Assembly: GCA_020348345.1 (NCBI GenBank)
Contig: CP070748.1
Coordinates: forward strand, 43,384 to 98,342
Reading direction: 5' to 3'
Source: Methanobacteriota archaeon
Lineage (GTDB): Archaea; Thermoplasmatota; Thermoplasmata; UBA10834
Length of the DNA stretch: 54,959 bases
Below are positions 37,110 through 47,737 of this stretch, piece by piece; position 1 is the stretch's first letter, and every line of letters starts with the position of its first letter. The notes under the pieces were generated by a model. The model was not told the origin of the DNA. It did not search any database and saw only the letters and a program-made list of their open reading frames with translations. The translations under genes and the position numbers were made by a program.

Positions 37110-38609
37110 TCAGCCTGGAGGAGCGGATGTTCCTATTTTGAGAAACTCCTCCTCGTCCTTGAGAGCCATCTCGAAGATCGACAGGCTCTTTTCCACCTGT
37201 GCTTTTGATATGCATAGCGGTGGAGCGATCCTGAATACGTTGCCGTAGTTGCCAGAGGTTATTGTCATAAGACCGTTTCGCCAACACTTGCCCTGGATGG
37301 TAGTGGCTTCGTGAGGCTCCTTCGTGTACTGGTTCTTGACCAGCTCGACGCCGATCATAAGGCCCCTGCCTCGCACGTCACCGATGATCTCCCTCCGCTG
37401 CTGCATCTCCCGCAGCAACTTCATCGTGTACGCTCCCAGTTTGGCGGATCGCTCAGCGAGGTTCTCCTCGATAATCGCCTGGACGTGCGCAAGGCCTGAG
37501 GCCATGGTGATCGCATTCCCGCCGAACGTCGACGAATGAGAACCTGGTCTCCACTTCTTCATTATCTCGTTCCTGGCTATTATCGCGCCCAGAGGCACCC
37601 CGCCTCCGAGTGCCTTGCCCATAACGAGTATGTCGGGAACGACATCGAAGTGCTCGCACGCGAACATCTTGCCCGTCCTCGCGAATCCCGTCTGCACCTC
37701 ATCTGCAATCAGAAGCGCTCCCTGAGCCTCGCAGATCTTCTTCAGCCTCGGCAAGAACTCCTTCGGAGGGACGATGTAGCCACCCTCGCCCTGTATGGGC
37801 TCGACGATGATGGAGGATATCTGTCCGGTCGGACCTCCCAGCTCGAGGACCTGATTCTCTAGATAATCAGCACACCAAAGCCCGCATTCGGGATAGGTCT
37901 GCTTGAAAGGACACCTGTAGCAGTATGCGAAGGGCGTGAACACGACACCGGGCAGCAATGGACCGTAGCTGTATCTGAGTTTGAGTCTGCTTGTCAGTGA
38001 AAGGCCGGCGCCGATTCTTCCATGATACGATCCGAAGAACGCAACATGCTCGTTCCGTTTTGTGTAGTACCTCGACAGCTTGAACGCAGCCTCTACCGCT
38101 TCCGCGCCGCTGTTTCCGAAGAAGGTGCCCTTCAAGGCCTTCCCGGGGGATATCTCATGGAGAAGCTTCGCGAATAGCGCCTCCTTCTCGAAGTACGCAT
38201 CGTTGGCCATTGAGTGAATGAGCTTGGCCGCCTGCTCCTGGATCGCCTTCACGACCTTGGGGTGGGTCCAGCCAGCGTTTTCCACGCCTATCCCGGCTGT
38301 GAAATCGAGCAGGACATTGCCATCGGCGTCCATGACAGACGCGCCTGAAGCCTTCTCGAACGTGAAAGTGAAACATCTATCGTAGGCGTAGGAGACGTAT
38401 TCCCTATCGATCTTGATGATAGCCTTGCTCTTCGGTCCGGGCGCTCTGACGACGAGCTTCGGCGCTTCTCTTGCCCAATCGGCAACCCAATCGGGCAGCG
38501 GAAACTCCTCTTCAAGGATGGTCGGCTCCTTTTCGGTCCGATCCATCTTCTTGGTTTTCGGCGCCTGTGCACTCTCGCCCACGGCCTCCTTCTCGACCAT
38601 CTCACTCAT
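37110..38609 (-). CDS. Class-III PLP aminotransferase (4-aminobutyrate/ornithine omega-aminotransferase type)
   Basis: [48 protein letters not shown]. Confidence 0.9.
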   Translation of the reverse strand: MSEMVEKEAVGESAQAPKTKKMDRTEKEPTILEEEFPLPDWVADWAREAPKLVVRAPGPKSKAIIKIDREYVSYAYDRCFTFTFEKASGASVMDADGNVLLDFTAGIGVENAGWTHPKVVKAIQEQAAKLIHSMANDAYFEKEALFAKLLHEISPGKALKGTFFGNSGAEAVEAAFKLSRYYTKRNEHVAFFGSYHGRIGAGLSLTSRLKLRYSYGPLLPGVVFTPFAYCYRCPFKQTYPECGLWCADYLENQVLELGGPTGQISSIIVEPIQGEGGYIVPPKEFLPRLKKICEAQGALLIADEVQTGFARTGKMFACEHFDVVPDILVMGKALGGGVPLGAIIARNEIMKKWRPGSHSSTFGGNAITMASGLAHVQAIIEENLAERSAKLGAYTMKLLREMQQRREIIGDVRGRGLMIGVELVKNQYTKEPHEATTIQGKCWRNGLMTITSGNYGNVFRIAPPLCISKAQVEKSLSIFEMALKDEEEFLKIGTSAPPG

Positions 38610-39046
38610 CCCTCATTCCCCCGAGCCTCGCTCAATGCCAACGCGCCCTCGGGGCAGGCCTTAATGCATTTCGGCTCGCCGCCACATAGATCGCACATGT
38701 AGGCGGTCTCGACGCCAAACTCGCCCTCGAAGAAGACTCCATCATATGGGCAACGCGGGATGCATGCCATGCAGGCAAAGCATCTGTGCTCGTCGAGCGT
38801 CCAGTACTTTCCCTCTTCGACGAATTCAAGAAGAGCGGACGGGCAGACGTCGCTTGGGGGACACTGATCACAATGAACACAGACGATCGCTTTGTATGTT
38901 TCACCAGTCTTCTCGATCTTGATTCTCGATTTGCCTGTTGCCACGGTGGATTTCTTGGACGCGATGCATGCCTTCTCGCATTCCCCACATCCGTTGCACT
39001 TGCCAGGGCTGAACACCAGCCCGAATTTCACCGTTCGATCGCTCAT
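38606..39046 (-). CDS. Multi-[4Fe-4S] protein (AorA/HybA-like)
   Basis: CNGCGECEKAC, CVHC..CPPSDVCP, CFACMACIPRCP, CDLCGGEPKCIKACP. Confidence 0.88.
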   Translation of the reverse strand: MSDRTVKFGLVFSPGKCNGCGECEKACIASKKSTVATGKSRIKIEKTGETYKAIVCVHCDQCPPSDVCPSALLEFVEEGKYWTLDEHRCFACMACIPRCPYDGVFFEGEFGVETAYMCDLCGGEPKCIKACPEGALALSEARGNEG

Positions 39047-39457
39047 CTGCGCACCACTCTGAATTACCAAACCCACAACAATCCATGAGGTCTGGCATTG
39101 TCAGGAAGCCAAGGCTCCTCGCCGTTTCGGATAAAGAACTGATGGCATATATATTCTTGGAGACCGAGGTATTTCAACATTGGCTTTGTACAGTTTGCGA
39201 GGGTGCTTTATGGAGATTTTTCAGCCAATACTCGGTAATCGTTGAATTTTTCACATTTGACCGATGACTGTCGTGAGCCTTTCGACCACATAGATATCGA
39301 CTATGAAAGTATTTTGAAAACAGGAAACACTATATTATTCTATATATATTATTACAGTTCTAAATACGGTCGGCTATACTTGCGCATGCATGCAGAAAAA
39401 CGGCGGAATGGCCCGATGAGGTGAGCATCAGCCACCACATCTGGCCGTCGGGTTTGT

Positions 39458-41305
39458 TCACTTCAAGTAGTCGAGACGCGCCGCGATGTCTCCCAGGCCC
39501 GAATCCTCCAGTGTCTTCTTCGTGGGCCGACCATCTTCGTCCCAGCCCCAGAGCTGGTAGTACTCTGCGAGCATCTTGTCGAAGGATTCGCGCGGGACAG
39601 CCTTGCCAGCGGTCTTACCGCTCGGCAGCGGCTCGGTTTCCATCCTCTCGGGCATGTCATCGTCCTTCTTCGAGAAACCTTCTCTCACGTTGAATGCCCT
39701 GACGAGGTTCCATACGCGCGTTCCCACGGCTACCAGCCAGCTCTCGTCGGCGGGTTGACCCGTGACTGCAGTGTAGTACTTCGCCATGCCCTCCGGGCTT
39801 ACACCATAGAAGTCGCAGAAGACCATGCTCCACTTGTAGCTCTTCATGATCTGCTCTTCGTGGCATATCGCGGCCTTCCCTTCGGTGCTCCATGGATCAC
39901 CGTCGCCATAGGCATCCGAGGCCACAGGCCAGGCTCGGTTGTGGTCTGCGCCCCTGTCCGATGTTGCATAGGCGAGGGCCATCCCGATCGAGCCCCTGGG
40001 ATCGTAGGCAGGATACTCGGAACCCTTGGCATGCACGACCAACTTCTCCGTGTCCTTGCCGATCTTCCTCGCTGCGAGCAGGGTTCCCTCTGCCAAAAGG
40101 TCGCCTATCTTCGACTTCCGTTCTGCGATCATCTCGGGCATCTTGGCGTACGCTTCCTCATTGCCGAACTTGAGTTCGAGGCCTCCTGTGTCCTCGTTGG
40201 TGATGATGCCCTTCTCGTAGATGTCCATGGCGAAGCCGACCGCCGCCCCTGCTGAGATCGTGTCGAGCCCAAGCCTGTCGCATTCCTCGGCGAATTTGAC
40301 GACTGCCTCGATGTTCCGTATGCCGCAGTTCGATCCGGCGAGACCAAGCGTTTCGTATTCCGGCCCTTCGGTCGACGCTCCCTTGAACGCCCCATCCTTG
40401 ACCTTCGCCCAGCTCCCGCATGCGATGCCGCATCCGAAACAGGCTTTCTTCCTGACGAATACCCTCTTCTTCAGGGCGTCGGAGTCGATTCCCTGGTATC
40501 CGTCAAACTGGCCGCTGTGCCAGTTATTGGTCGGCAGGATCGCAGCATCCTGACTCATGTCGACGATGATCGGCGTTCCGTCCGTCACCAGGCCGGCGTG
40601 CTCGGGGTTCTCTACGACGTCCTTCAGAAGCATCTCCTTTGCCATCTTGACGAACTCGTCCATCTTCGGCACTTCTACACCGAGGGAGCCCTTCGCCACC
40701 ACCGCTTTGAGGTTTTTCGAGCCGAAGACTGCGCCAGCGCCACCGCGCCCGGCATTCCTGGTTATGTCCGATGTGACGCCTGCTATCCTGGAGAGCTTCT
40801 CACCAGCCTGACCTATGCCGGCGACCCTGGCGGCCTTCTCACCAACCTCCTCTCTCAGCAGCTCCTCCGTCTTGAAGATGTCCTTTCCCCAGACGTTCTT
40901 AGCATCGCGTATCTCAGCCTTGCCGTCGTTGACCCAGAGATAGCTGGGCTTCGGCGCTTTTCCGTTCATGATCACCGCGTCGAAGCCTGCGTATTTCAGC
41001 TCTGGACCGAAGTATCCACCTGCATAGGTGTCGAGGAATGTGCCGGTCAGCGGAGACTTCGTGATGATCGCATATCGGCTTGTAAGAGGTACCATCGTCC
41101 CCACGAGCGGACCAGTCCATATCGACAAGACGTTGTCCGGTGACAGGGGATCCGTTCCTGGCTTGAGCTCTTCAAACAGATAGCGTGCACCGAGACCTTT
41201 GCCTCCGATGAACTCCTTCGCCCATTCACGGTTCAGCGGTTCAACGGATGTCTTCTCGTTCGAAAGGTCGACTCTCAGAACGTTTCCTGTATAACCATCG
41301 GCCAT
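39458..41305 (-). CDS. aor: Aldehyde:ferredoxin oxidoreductase (W/Mo-pterin AOR family)
   Basis: GYTGNVLRVDLS, IGGKGLG, KSPLTG, AGRGGAGAVFGSKNLKA, CFGCGIAC, GPEYET, GLDTIS. Confidence 0.93.
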   Translation of the reverse strand: MADGYTGNVLRVDLSNEKTSVEPLNREWAKEFIGGKGLGARYLFEELKPGTDPLSPDNVLSIWTGPLVGTMVPLTSRYAIITKSPLTGTFLDTYAGGYFGPELKYAGFDAVIMNGKAPKPSYLWVNDGKAEIRDAKNVWGKDIFKTEELLREEVGEKAARVAGIGQAGEKLSRIAGVTSDITRNAGRGGAGAVFGSKNLKAVVAKGSLGVEVPKMDEFVKMAKEMLLKDVVENPEHAGLVTDGTPIIVDMSQDAAILPTNNWHSGQFDGYQGIDSDALKKRVFVRKKACFGCGIACGSWAKVKDGAFKGASTEGPEYETLGLAGSNCGIRNIEAVVKFAEECDRLGLDTISAGAAVGFAMDIYEKGIITNEDTGGLELKFGNEEAYAKMPEMIAERKSKIGDLLAEGTLLAARKIGKDTEKLVVHAKGSEYPAYDPRGSIGMALAYATSDRGADHNRAWPVASDAYGDGDPWSTEGKAAICHEEQIMKSYKWSMVFCDFYGVSPEGMAKYYTAVTGQPADESWLVAVGTRVWNLVRAFNVREGFSKKDDDMPERMETEPLPSGKTAGKAVPRESFDKMLAEYYQLWGWDEDGRPTKKTLEDSGLGDIAARLDYLK

Positions 41306-41310
41306 TACAA

Positions 41311-41715
41311 TCACCTCTTGAGAACTCCCTTGGGGCACACCTCTATGCACTGAGGCGTTCCTCCGCATAGGTCGCACTTGATGGCGTACGATTCAGAGGG
41401 GTCCAGCCAGCATCCTTCGTACGGGCACACCTCGACGCACATTCCGCAGCCAGTGCACTCTTCTCTGTCGACGTAGTACGTTCCTAAAGCTTCGTTGAGC
41501 TTGATCGCTTCTGCAGGACACTCTTCCACGCATGGATGTTCGTCGCATTGAGTACAATAGCTCAGCTTGACCTCACCGGGTTCTGGGTAAAGGTCCATCA
41601 CGTTCATCATAGACTCGCTAGGGTTGAACTTGCCCACATGTGAGGCCGAACATACAAGTGCACACAACTGGCAGCCCGTGCATTTCTCAACCTCTGCCTT
41701 CAAGCCTTTGCTCAT
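41311..41715 (-). CDS. Multi-[4Fe-4S] subunit associated with AOR
   Basis: CTGCQLCALVC, CTQC...CVEECP, CTGCGMCVEVCP, CDLCGGTPQCIEVCP; directly upstream of aor. Confidence 0.9.
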   Translation of the reverse strand: MSKGLKAEVEKCTGCQLCALVCSASHVGKFNPSESMMNVMDLYPEPGEVKLSYCTQCDEHPCVEECPAEAIKLNEALGTYYVDREECTGCGMCVEVCPYEGCWLDPSESYAIKCDLCGGTPQCIEVCPKGVLKR

Positions 41716-42001
41716 CACAGATTTCCTCCCAAATCAGAGTGCTCATACGAGGCTCGGCGGAAGTGAGACGTCGAATACGGCTCTTGCCAGAATCTGGCCA
41801 TTCCCCTTGCGGCCGACCTCAATAGAGTCGCCCATAGGAACGGCGAAGGCGTATTAGTTATTGTCGGTTTTTCATTCGAACGCCAGTCTCTCAGACAATC
41901 TTTCGAAATCGAAGGCAAATTACGGGAAAGCGTTATGTTCGGCTATTCCTATCGCCGGGTGGAGCCGCCGCCTGACGCAATTCAAATAGGGATGCGAGCA
42001 T

Positions 42002-42307
42002 ATGACATCGGCGATTCGCAGGGTATTCGGCATGTTCTCGCTCAGAAAGGGAAAGGGAGCTTCGCGAGCGAAAGAATTGCAGATTGACACAGAGGAACTC
42101 ACATACTCCAGTGATGAAGAGGCGTTCGAGTACAGAGACCAAAGGCTCGAGAGGACCGTCACGGAGGAGGATCTGTCAACGATAGAGAACCTACTGTTGA
42201 AGGCAGACCTGAGGCCTCTCCCCCGGTGCCCTGAATGCGGCACCGCTGTCGGAAGTAGCCAGCGCAGCTGTCACACCTGCGGGGAGAGCCTCAGGAACGT
42301 GCTGTGA
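42002..42307 (+). CDS. Small protein with C-terminal Zn ribbon
   Basis: CPECG...CHTCG. Confidence 0.65.
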   Translation: MTSAIRRVFGMFSLRKGKGASRAKELQIDTEELTYSSDEEAFEYRDQRLERTVTEEDLSTIENLLLKADLRPLPRCPECGTAVGSSQRSCHTCGESLRNVL

Positions 42308-42363
42308 CAACTCCGTGAATGTGTATCGTTCTGCTGTTCATGGGAATTTGTTGGGTGATCGTC

Positions 42364-43119
42364 TTGATCGAGGAGGGTTCGAGGGTTTTACTCATCGACG
42401 ACCGCGGGAGAAGGCATCTCCTTGAAGCCGCGCAGGGTATGATCGAGGTGCGTTCGCTCGGTGTCGTCGACGGCACCTGCATATGTCATTCGTCCTACGG
42501 CGACACCATCACAGTTGGAACGCGACGTCTGCTTCTGGTCCGACCTTCGCTGAAGGACATCCTGTCGACGGTCGAAAGAAAGGCCCAGATAATCCTGCCG
42601 AAGGATGGATTCACGATCCCACATCATCTGGATATTGCGTGCGGCAGCAAGGTCATCGAAGGAGGCGTGGGCTCAGGCGCGCTTACCATCGTGCTCCTTC
42701 GGTCGGTCGCTCCAGAGGGGAAGGTGTATTCCTACGAGCTCAGAGAGGATCACGCATCCGTTGCCAGGAGGAACGTCCGAAGGGCGGGGCTTGAGGGATG
42801 CTGGGAGTTGAGGATTGCTGATGTGTGCACCGCACGCATAGACGAGGAGGTGGACGCCGCCGTCCTGGATATGCCGAACCCATGGGATGCCGTGGAGAAC
42901 ATGCATCGAACGCTCAGACACGGAGGACATCTCTGCTGCTACGTTCCAAACGCGAACCAGCTCGAGTCGACCGTCAGCTCGATGCGTTGCTGCGGTTTTC
43001 GCGAGGTCGTCTCGATCGAGAATCTCCAGAGAGAGATGCTGGTCCACGAAGGCGGCGTGAGGCCCAGCTCCGAGATGGTCGGACACACAGGCTACCTCGC
43101 TTTCGGGCGGAAGCTGTGA
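42364..43119 (+). CDS. trmI: tRNA (adenine-57/58-N1)-methyltransferase
   Basis: RKAQIILPKD, IEGGVGSGALT, YELRED, LDMPNPW, VGHTGYL; SD GGTGA + TTG 42364. Confidence 0.9.
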   Translation: MIEEGSRVLLIDDRGRRHLLEAAQGMIEVRSLGVVDGTCICHSSYGDTITVGTRRLLLVRPSLKDILSTVERKAQIILPKDGFTIPHHLDIACGSKVIEGGVGSGALTIVLLRSVAPEGKVYSYELREDHASVARRNVRRAGLEGCWELRIADVCTARIDEEVDAAVLDMPNPWDAVENMHRTLRHGGHLCCYVPNANQLESTVSSMRCCGFREVVSIENLQREMLVHEGGVRPSSEMVGHTGYLAFGRKL

Positions 43120-43194
43120 GATTCGCGGGCAGAGGAGGCTCCGACCGTAAAGCTAAGTACACGCAATCATAATGCCGTCAGCGGTGACCGTATC

Positions 43195-43434
43195 ATGGCA
43201 GTCGCTGAGGTCAGGGTCACGCTGAAGAAGGGGGTGGCTGACCCAGAGGGAAGGAACACCCTGAAGGCCCTTGAGTTGCTCGGGTTCGAAGGCATCCGTG
43301 AGGTGCGCAGCGTGAAGGTGTTCGAGGTCGAGATGGGGGGCAGGAAGACGGAGGTCATGAAACGCGTAGAGGAGATGTGCACGAAGCTCCTGGCGAACCC
43401 TGTCATTCACAACTACTCGATTGCGATCAAGTGA
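43195..43434 (+). CDS. purS: FGAM synthase subunit PurS
   Basis: LKKGVADPEG...LLANPVIHNY. Confidence 0.95.
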   Translation: MAVAEVRVTLKKGVADPEGRNTLKALELLGFEGIREVRSVKVFEVEMGGRKTEVMKRVEEMCTKLLANPVIHNYSIAIK

Positions 43435-43443
43435 GGTGGCTCG

Positions 43444-45780
43444 ATGTCGAGGGCCAGGCGTTATGTTCCCCAGGATGTTCCATTCGAGCTCAAAGAGATC
43501 AATTTAGAGGAAGCTTCAGATGACGACCTCCTGGAAATCAGCCGAGAGAGCGGGACCGGTCTCTCTCTCGATGAGATGCGGCGCATAAAGGACTACTTCG
43601 CTGCAAGGGGCAGGAGGCCGACGGATGTCGAGCTCCAATCGATTGGGCAGGCCTGGAGCGAGCACTGCTGCTACAAGAGTTCGAAGGTGTTTCTCAGAGA
43701 ATATGTGTTCAGCATCACCAACCGTCATGTAATAGACCGCGGGGACGCGGGCGTCATGGAGTTCGACAGAGACCACGCCTATGCCCTTCGAATCGAGAGC
43801 CACAACCACCCGAGCGCAGTGGAGCCGTACGGCGGAGCCGCAACGGGGATAGGAGGCATCCTGCGCGATGTGCTGTGCATGGGCGCACGGCCCATTGCGC
43901 TAGTGGACCCTCTCTTCTTCGGCTCACTTGGCTATCCATCCTCCAGATTGCCCGAGGGCGTCAAGCACCCGAAGTATCTGCTCGGCGGCGTGGTGGCAGG
44001 CATCAGAGATTATGGCAACAGAGTTGGAGTGCCAACGGTGTCGGGAGGGCTGTGGTTCGATGACAGCTACGTCGGCAACTGCCTCGTGAACGTCGGGTGT
44101 GTCGGCATCGCCGAGAAGAAGGACGTGCGCAGAAACGCTGTGAAGGGACCCGGCGACGTTCTGGTGCTCGTCGGAGGCAGAACGGGCAGGGACGGCATTC
44201 ACGGCGTCACCTTCGCCTCAGCCGTGCTGACCGAGGAGAGCGAAACCGAATCGAGAGGCGCCGTTCAGCTGGGGGATCCGATCATGAAGGAGCCTGTGAT
44301 GCATGCGGTCCTGGAAGCGAACGAGCGGAAGCTCGTAAACGGAATGAAGGACTTGGGAGGCGGAGGCCTATCATGTGTGGTTGGTGAGATAGCCCTGGCA
44401 GGCGGATGTGGGGCTGAGGTGGACCTCTCCAGGGTCCCTCTGAAGGAGGAGGGGCTCGCGCCATGGGAGATATGGATATCCGAATCTCAAGAGAGGATGA
44501 TGCTGAGCGTCTCACCCAAGAACCTCGAGACGGTGCTCCACGTCTTCAAGCTCTGGGACGTTCCAGCGACACCGGTGGGGAAGGTCGTCAAGGAGAAGAG
44601 GGTCAGGCTCTTCTTCAGGGACGTGAAGGTCTTCGACCTTGAACTTGACTTTCTGACTGCGGGACCGGAATATTGCAGGCCTTGCGAGGCAGGCGAAGCA
44701 TTGGAAAGAAGGAGGCGTGAGAGAAGGCCGAAGGCGAGCTCTAGATACGACAGGATGTTGTTGCGACTCTTATCCGACAGCAACATATGCAATAGAGATT
44801 GGGTCATCCGCCAGTACGATCACGAGGTGAGGGCGAATACCGTTCTCAAGCCGTTGCAGGGAAAGACAGGGTGTTGGTCCCACGGTGACGCGGCCGTGCT
44901 GAAGCCGGTCGAGGAGTCATTCAGAGGCCTGGCAATCGCCACCGCCTCCAACCCGTTCGCAGTCAACGTTGATCCGTACAGAGGCGGGAAGGCATGCGTC
45001 GATGAAGTGTGCAGAAACCTCGCCGCTGTGGGAGCGCGTCCGCATTCGCTGACCGATTGCCTGAACTTCGGAAACCCTGAGAAACCTGAAAGGCTCTGGC
45101 AGTTCAGAGAGGCTGTCAGAGGCATAGGCGAGGTCGCGAAGGAGCTCAACCTGCCCATACCCTCCGGGAATGTCAGCTTCTACAATGAATCGCCGAAAGG
45201 CTCAGTGCTTCCCACCCCAGCGATCCTTGGATGTGGATTAGTCAGGGACGTCAGGAAGTGCGCTACCTCGGACCTCAAACGCGAGGGCAATCCATTGTAC
45301 GTGGTTGGCACGACGTCGCAGGAGATGGGGTCATCTGCGTACTACAGGAAGACGAGGAGCTACTCCTCTCGGATCCCGAATGTAGACATCCAGGCGCTCA
45401 AAGCCGGCCTTGGCATCGTGCTCGATGGTATCGAGCGAGGCTCGGTGGTAGCCTGCCATGACATTTCCGACGGAGGACTGGCAGTCGCCCTGGCTGAGAT
45501 GTGCATCGGCGGAGGCATAGGTGCGGATGCCAGCCTGGCGGGCCTGGGCCGTATGAGGTCGGACACCAAGCTGTTCTCCGAGTCGACCAGCCGATGGCTG
45601 GTCGAGATCAGGAAAGGAAAGGAGCGGCAGTTGCCAAGGAACAGGGCTACCAGCGTAACGAAGATCGGGCATGTTGGAGGAAGTTCACTCAGGCTGACCT
45701 CCGGTAAGATTCTCGTCGATGTCGAGGTCGATGCGATGGCACGCAGATTCAACGAACCCCTGTGGAAGGTGGTTGGATGA
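43444..45780 (+). CDS. purL: FGAM synthase subunit PurL
   Basis: WSEHCCYKSS, ESHNHPS, GRDGIHG, DCLNFGNPE, SGNVSFYN. Confidence 0.96.
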   Translation: MSRARRYVPQDVPFELKEINLEEASDDDLLEISRESGTGLSLDEMRRIKDYFAARGRRPTDVELQSIGQAWSEHCCYKSSKVFLREYVFSITNRHVIDRGDAGVMEFDRDHAYALRIESHNHPSAVEPYGGAATGIGGILRDVLCMGARPIALVDPLFFGSLGYPSSRLPEGVKHPKYLLGGVVAGIRDYGNRVGVPTVSGGLWFDDSYVGNCLVNVGCVGIAEKKDVRRNAVKGPGDVLVLVGGRTGRDGIHGVTFASAVLTEESETESRGAVQLGDPIMKEPVMHAVLEANERKLVNGMKDLGGGGLSCVVGEIALAGGCGAEVDLSRVPLKEEGLAPWEIWISESQERMMLSVSPKNLETVLHVFKLWDVPATPVGKVVKEKRVRLFFRDVKVFDLELDFLTAGPEYCRPCEAGEALERRRRERRPKASSRYDRMLLRLLSDSNICNRDWVIRQYDHEVRANTVLKPLQGKTGCWSHGDAAVLKPVEESFRGLAIATASNPFAVNVDPYRGGKACVDEVCRNLAAVGARPHSLTDCLNFGNPEKPERLWQFREAVRGIGEVAKELNLPIPSGNVSFYNESPKGSVLPTPAILGCGLVRDVRKCATSDLKREGNPLYVVGTTSQEMGSSAYYRKTRSYSSRIPNVDIQALKAGLGIVLDGIERGSVVACHDISDGGLAVALAEMCIGGGIGADASLAGLGRMRSDTKLFSESTSRWLVEIRKGKERQLPRNRATSVTKIGHVGGSSLRLTSGKILVDVEVDAMARRFNEPLWKVVG

Positions 45781-46607
45781 AGGTGAGCGATACCAGGGTC
45801 TGCGTACTGGTGATCGAGGGCACGAACTGTGAGGAGGAGTCATATCTTTGCTTCAAGCGATTGGGGGCGAGGCCCGAGAAGGTGCATCTCAAACAGTTGA
45901 CAGGAACGGACGTGACATCAGACGAGAGACGCAGCTTGTCCGATTACCAGCTGCTTGTGCTGCCAGGAGGATTCTCAGCTGGCGACTACGTCCGCGCGGG
46001 CGCGATCTTCGCCGCAAGACTCAGGAGCAGGCTGTCGAAGGATCTAACGGAATTCGTCCGCGAAGGCAAACCGATCCTCGGCATCTGCAACGGATTCCAG
46101 ATACTGGTCGAGACGGGCTTGTTGCCTGCTATGTCGGGCACGATGTCCGATGTTCCCGAAGCCGTTCTCGGCACCAATGACTCTGCGCGGTTCGAATGCA
46201 GGCCTACGCTCCTGAAGAATGTCAACAACGGCAACTGCGTCTTCACTTCGAGGATACCGATTGGGAAAATAAGCCACATCCCATCTGCCCATGCAGAGGG
46301 CAAACTCATGTTCCCTGTTGACAGGGCGAAGGGAATCGTGAAGGAGTTGGAGGAGAATGACCAGATCGTATTCAAGTACGTCGACTCCGACGGAAGACTC
46401 GCGGGATATCCATGGTGCCCCAATGGCTCCACGGACAATATCGCGGGCGTGTGCAACCGTGACGGGAACGTATTCGGCATGATGCCCCACCCCGAGAGAG
46501 TATTCTTCAGATTCACGCATCCGGACTGGACACGCAGCCCCGACGGAGCGGGCGACGGACGTGCCGTTTTCGAATCCGTCCTGGCATACATCTCTAAAAA
46601 GATGTAG
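45777..46607 (+). CDS. purQ: FGAM synthase glutaminase subunit PurQ
   Basis: GTNCE, PGGFSAGD, GICNGFQIL, MMPHPER. Confidence 0.95.
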   Translation: MKVSDTRVCVLVIEGTNCEEESYLCFKRLGARPEKVHLKQLTGTDVTSDERRSLSDYQLLVLPGGFSAGDYVRAGAIFAARLRSRLSKDLTEFVREGKPILGICNGFQILVETGLLPAMSGTMSDVPEAVLGTNDSARFECRPTLLKNVNNGNCVFTSRIPIGKISHIPSAHAEGKLMFPVDRAKGIVKELEENDQIVFKYVDSDGRLAGYPWCPNGSTDNIAGVCNRDGNVFGMMPHPERVFFRFTHPDWTRSPDGAGDGRAVFESVLAYISKKM

Positions 46608-46614
46608 GCGCGCA

Positions 46615-47271
46615 TCATAGAGAGACGACCAGCTCCACCTGGTCGCCGTCTTTGAGTCCCAGTGAACGGCGGAGATGATACTTGCATATCACTTCGACGA
46701 TGTCCGTATGGTGAGACCTAACAGGCAGCACGACAGCGCACTCCATGTTGTGAATCGACGCGAGGAAGCACTTGACATCGCCGAAAGTCCTTCCTTCCTT
46801 CTCGAAACCCTTGATCAGTATTCCTTCCGATTTCTTGAGAACGTCTATCTTGGGCAATTCGGGGGTCGCAATTCTGAGGTTGAGCGTCCCTTCGAAAGGT
46901 TTGAACCAGAGCTTCTTCTGGAACTGCTCGGCGTAGGCCTCCTGGTTAACGTAGTATTGCCCTTCACCGAGGCCCGACGACACGACTCCGATGATCACGA
47001 GGTGATCCTTCATCTCGAATATTCGCTGATAATCTGAGTACTCCTTCCTCAGGAGATCGAAGCCCTTGTCGGTGAGCTTGATTCTCTGCCGCCTTGCGCC
47101 CAGGTCTCTCTCAATGAGACCCTCGCCCAGAAGCTCAAGTATCTTCTTGGATGCGGATTGCTGACTTATCTCAAGGACATTCCCAAGCTCTCTGGACGAT
47201 ATGGCGATGTAATCATGGACGCCACCCATCAAGGCGATGTGTTTCAGCGTGGCAATCTGCTTCTCGTGCAT
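46615..47271 (-). CDS. CTP-dependent riboflavin kinase with N-terminal wHTH (RbkR type)
   Basis: wHTH ISSRELG..LEISQQSAS; kinase VSSGLGEG.YY, PFEGTLN, LRRSLGLKDGD; start could be 47292. Confidence 0.88.
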   Translation of the reverse strand: MHEKQIATLKHIALMGGVHDYIAISSRELGNVLEISQQSASKKILELLGEGLIERDLGARRQRIKLTDKGFDLLRKEYSDYQRIFEMKDHLVIIGVVSSGLGEGQYYVNQEAYAEQFQKKLWFKPFEGTLNLRIATPELPKIDVLKKSEGILIKGFEKEGRTFGDVKCFLASIHNMECAVVLPVRSHHTDIVEVICKYHLRRSLGLKDGDQVELVVSL

Positions 47272-47358
47272 GTTAGTCCTTCGGATTAGCATTGCCTCAT
47301 AATATCTTTTCGACTATCGCATCGTGATACTGAGCTTGTTCACGGGCCTACCACGTCG

Positions 47359-47721
47359 TCAGTCTCCAGTCATCACGAGGTACCTGCCACTCCTCAGCCG
47401 CACCACAGGCATTCCCATCTCGGTAAGGCGGCCGATCAGCCCACGATCGTTCGTGACCACTGCAGCTCTACGACGGCGCGCGACATCGATTACACCATCG
47501 TCACCGCTCATTGATGTCTCTACGACCTGATACTTCGCCGACAACGCCAATGCAGCCTTCGCCTCACGGGATGTAAGACGAGATAGCTCCTCAACAACTG
47601 ATGTTGGCACCAAAATATCTACATCACCCAGTAGTCTGGCAATCTCCTTGTCAATGTTCAGCTTGAACTGGAACGGCATCATGAGTGCGTTCGTATCAAG
47701 AACCACACAGTCCGCCAACAT
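47359..47721 (-). CDS. PIN domain protein (Fcf1/Utp24-like)
   Basis: VLDTNAL, VVEEL, GDD, VVTNDRGL; typical neighbour of aIF2-gamma. Confidence 0.85.
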   Translation of the reverse strand: MLADCVVLDTNALMMPFQFKLNIDKEIARLLGDVDILVPTSVVEELSRLTSREAKAALALSAKYQVVETSMSGDDGVIDVARRRRAAVVTNDRGLIGRLTEMGMPVVRLRSGRYLVMTGD

Positions 47722-47737
47722 ATCTCACGTCCCACGT

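Noticed and set aside
39140-39370. Replication origin
   Set aside because: No ORB-like repeats and no cdc6/orc1 nearby
41720-41860. Moco/Tuco riboswitch upstream of the AOR operon
   Set aside because: Only short hairpins; I could not match the consensus by eye. An Infernal search would decide
47359-47721. PIN protein as a VapC toxin
   Set aside because: No antitoxin gene; the position behind aIF2-gamma is the conserved housekeeping context
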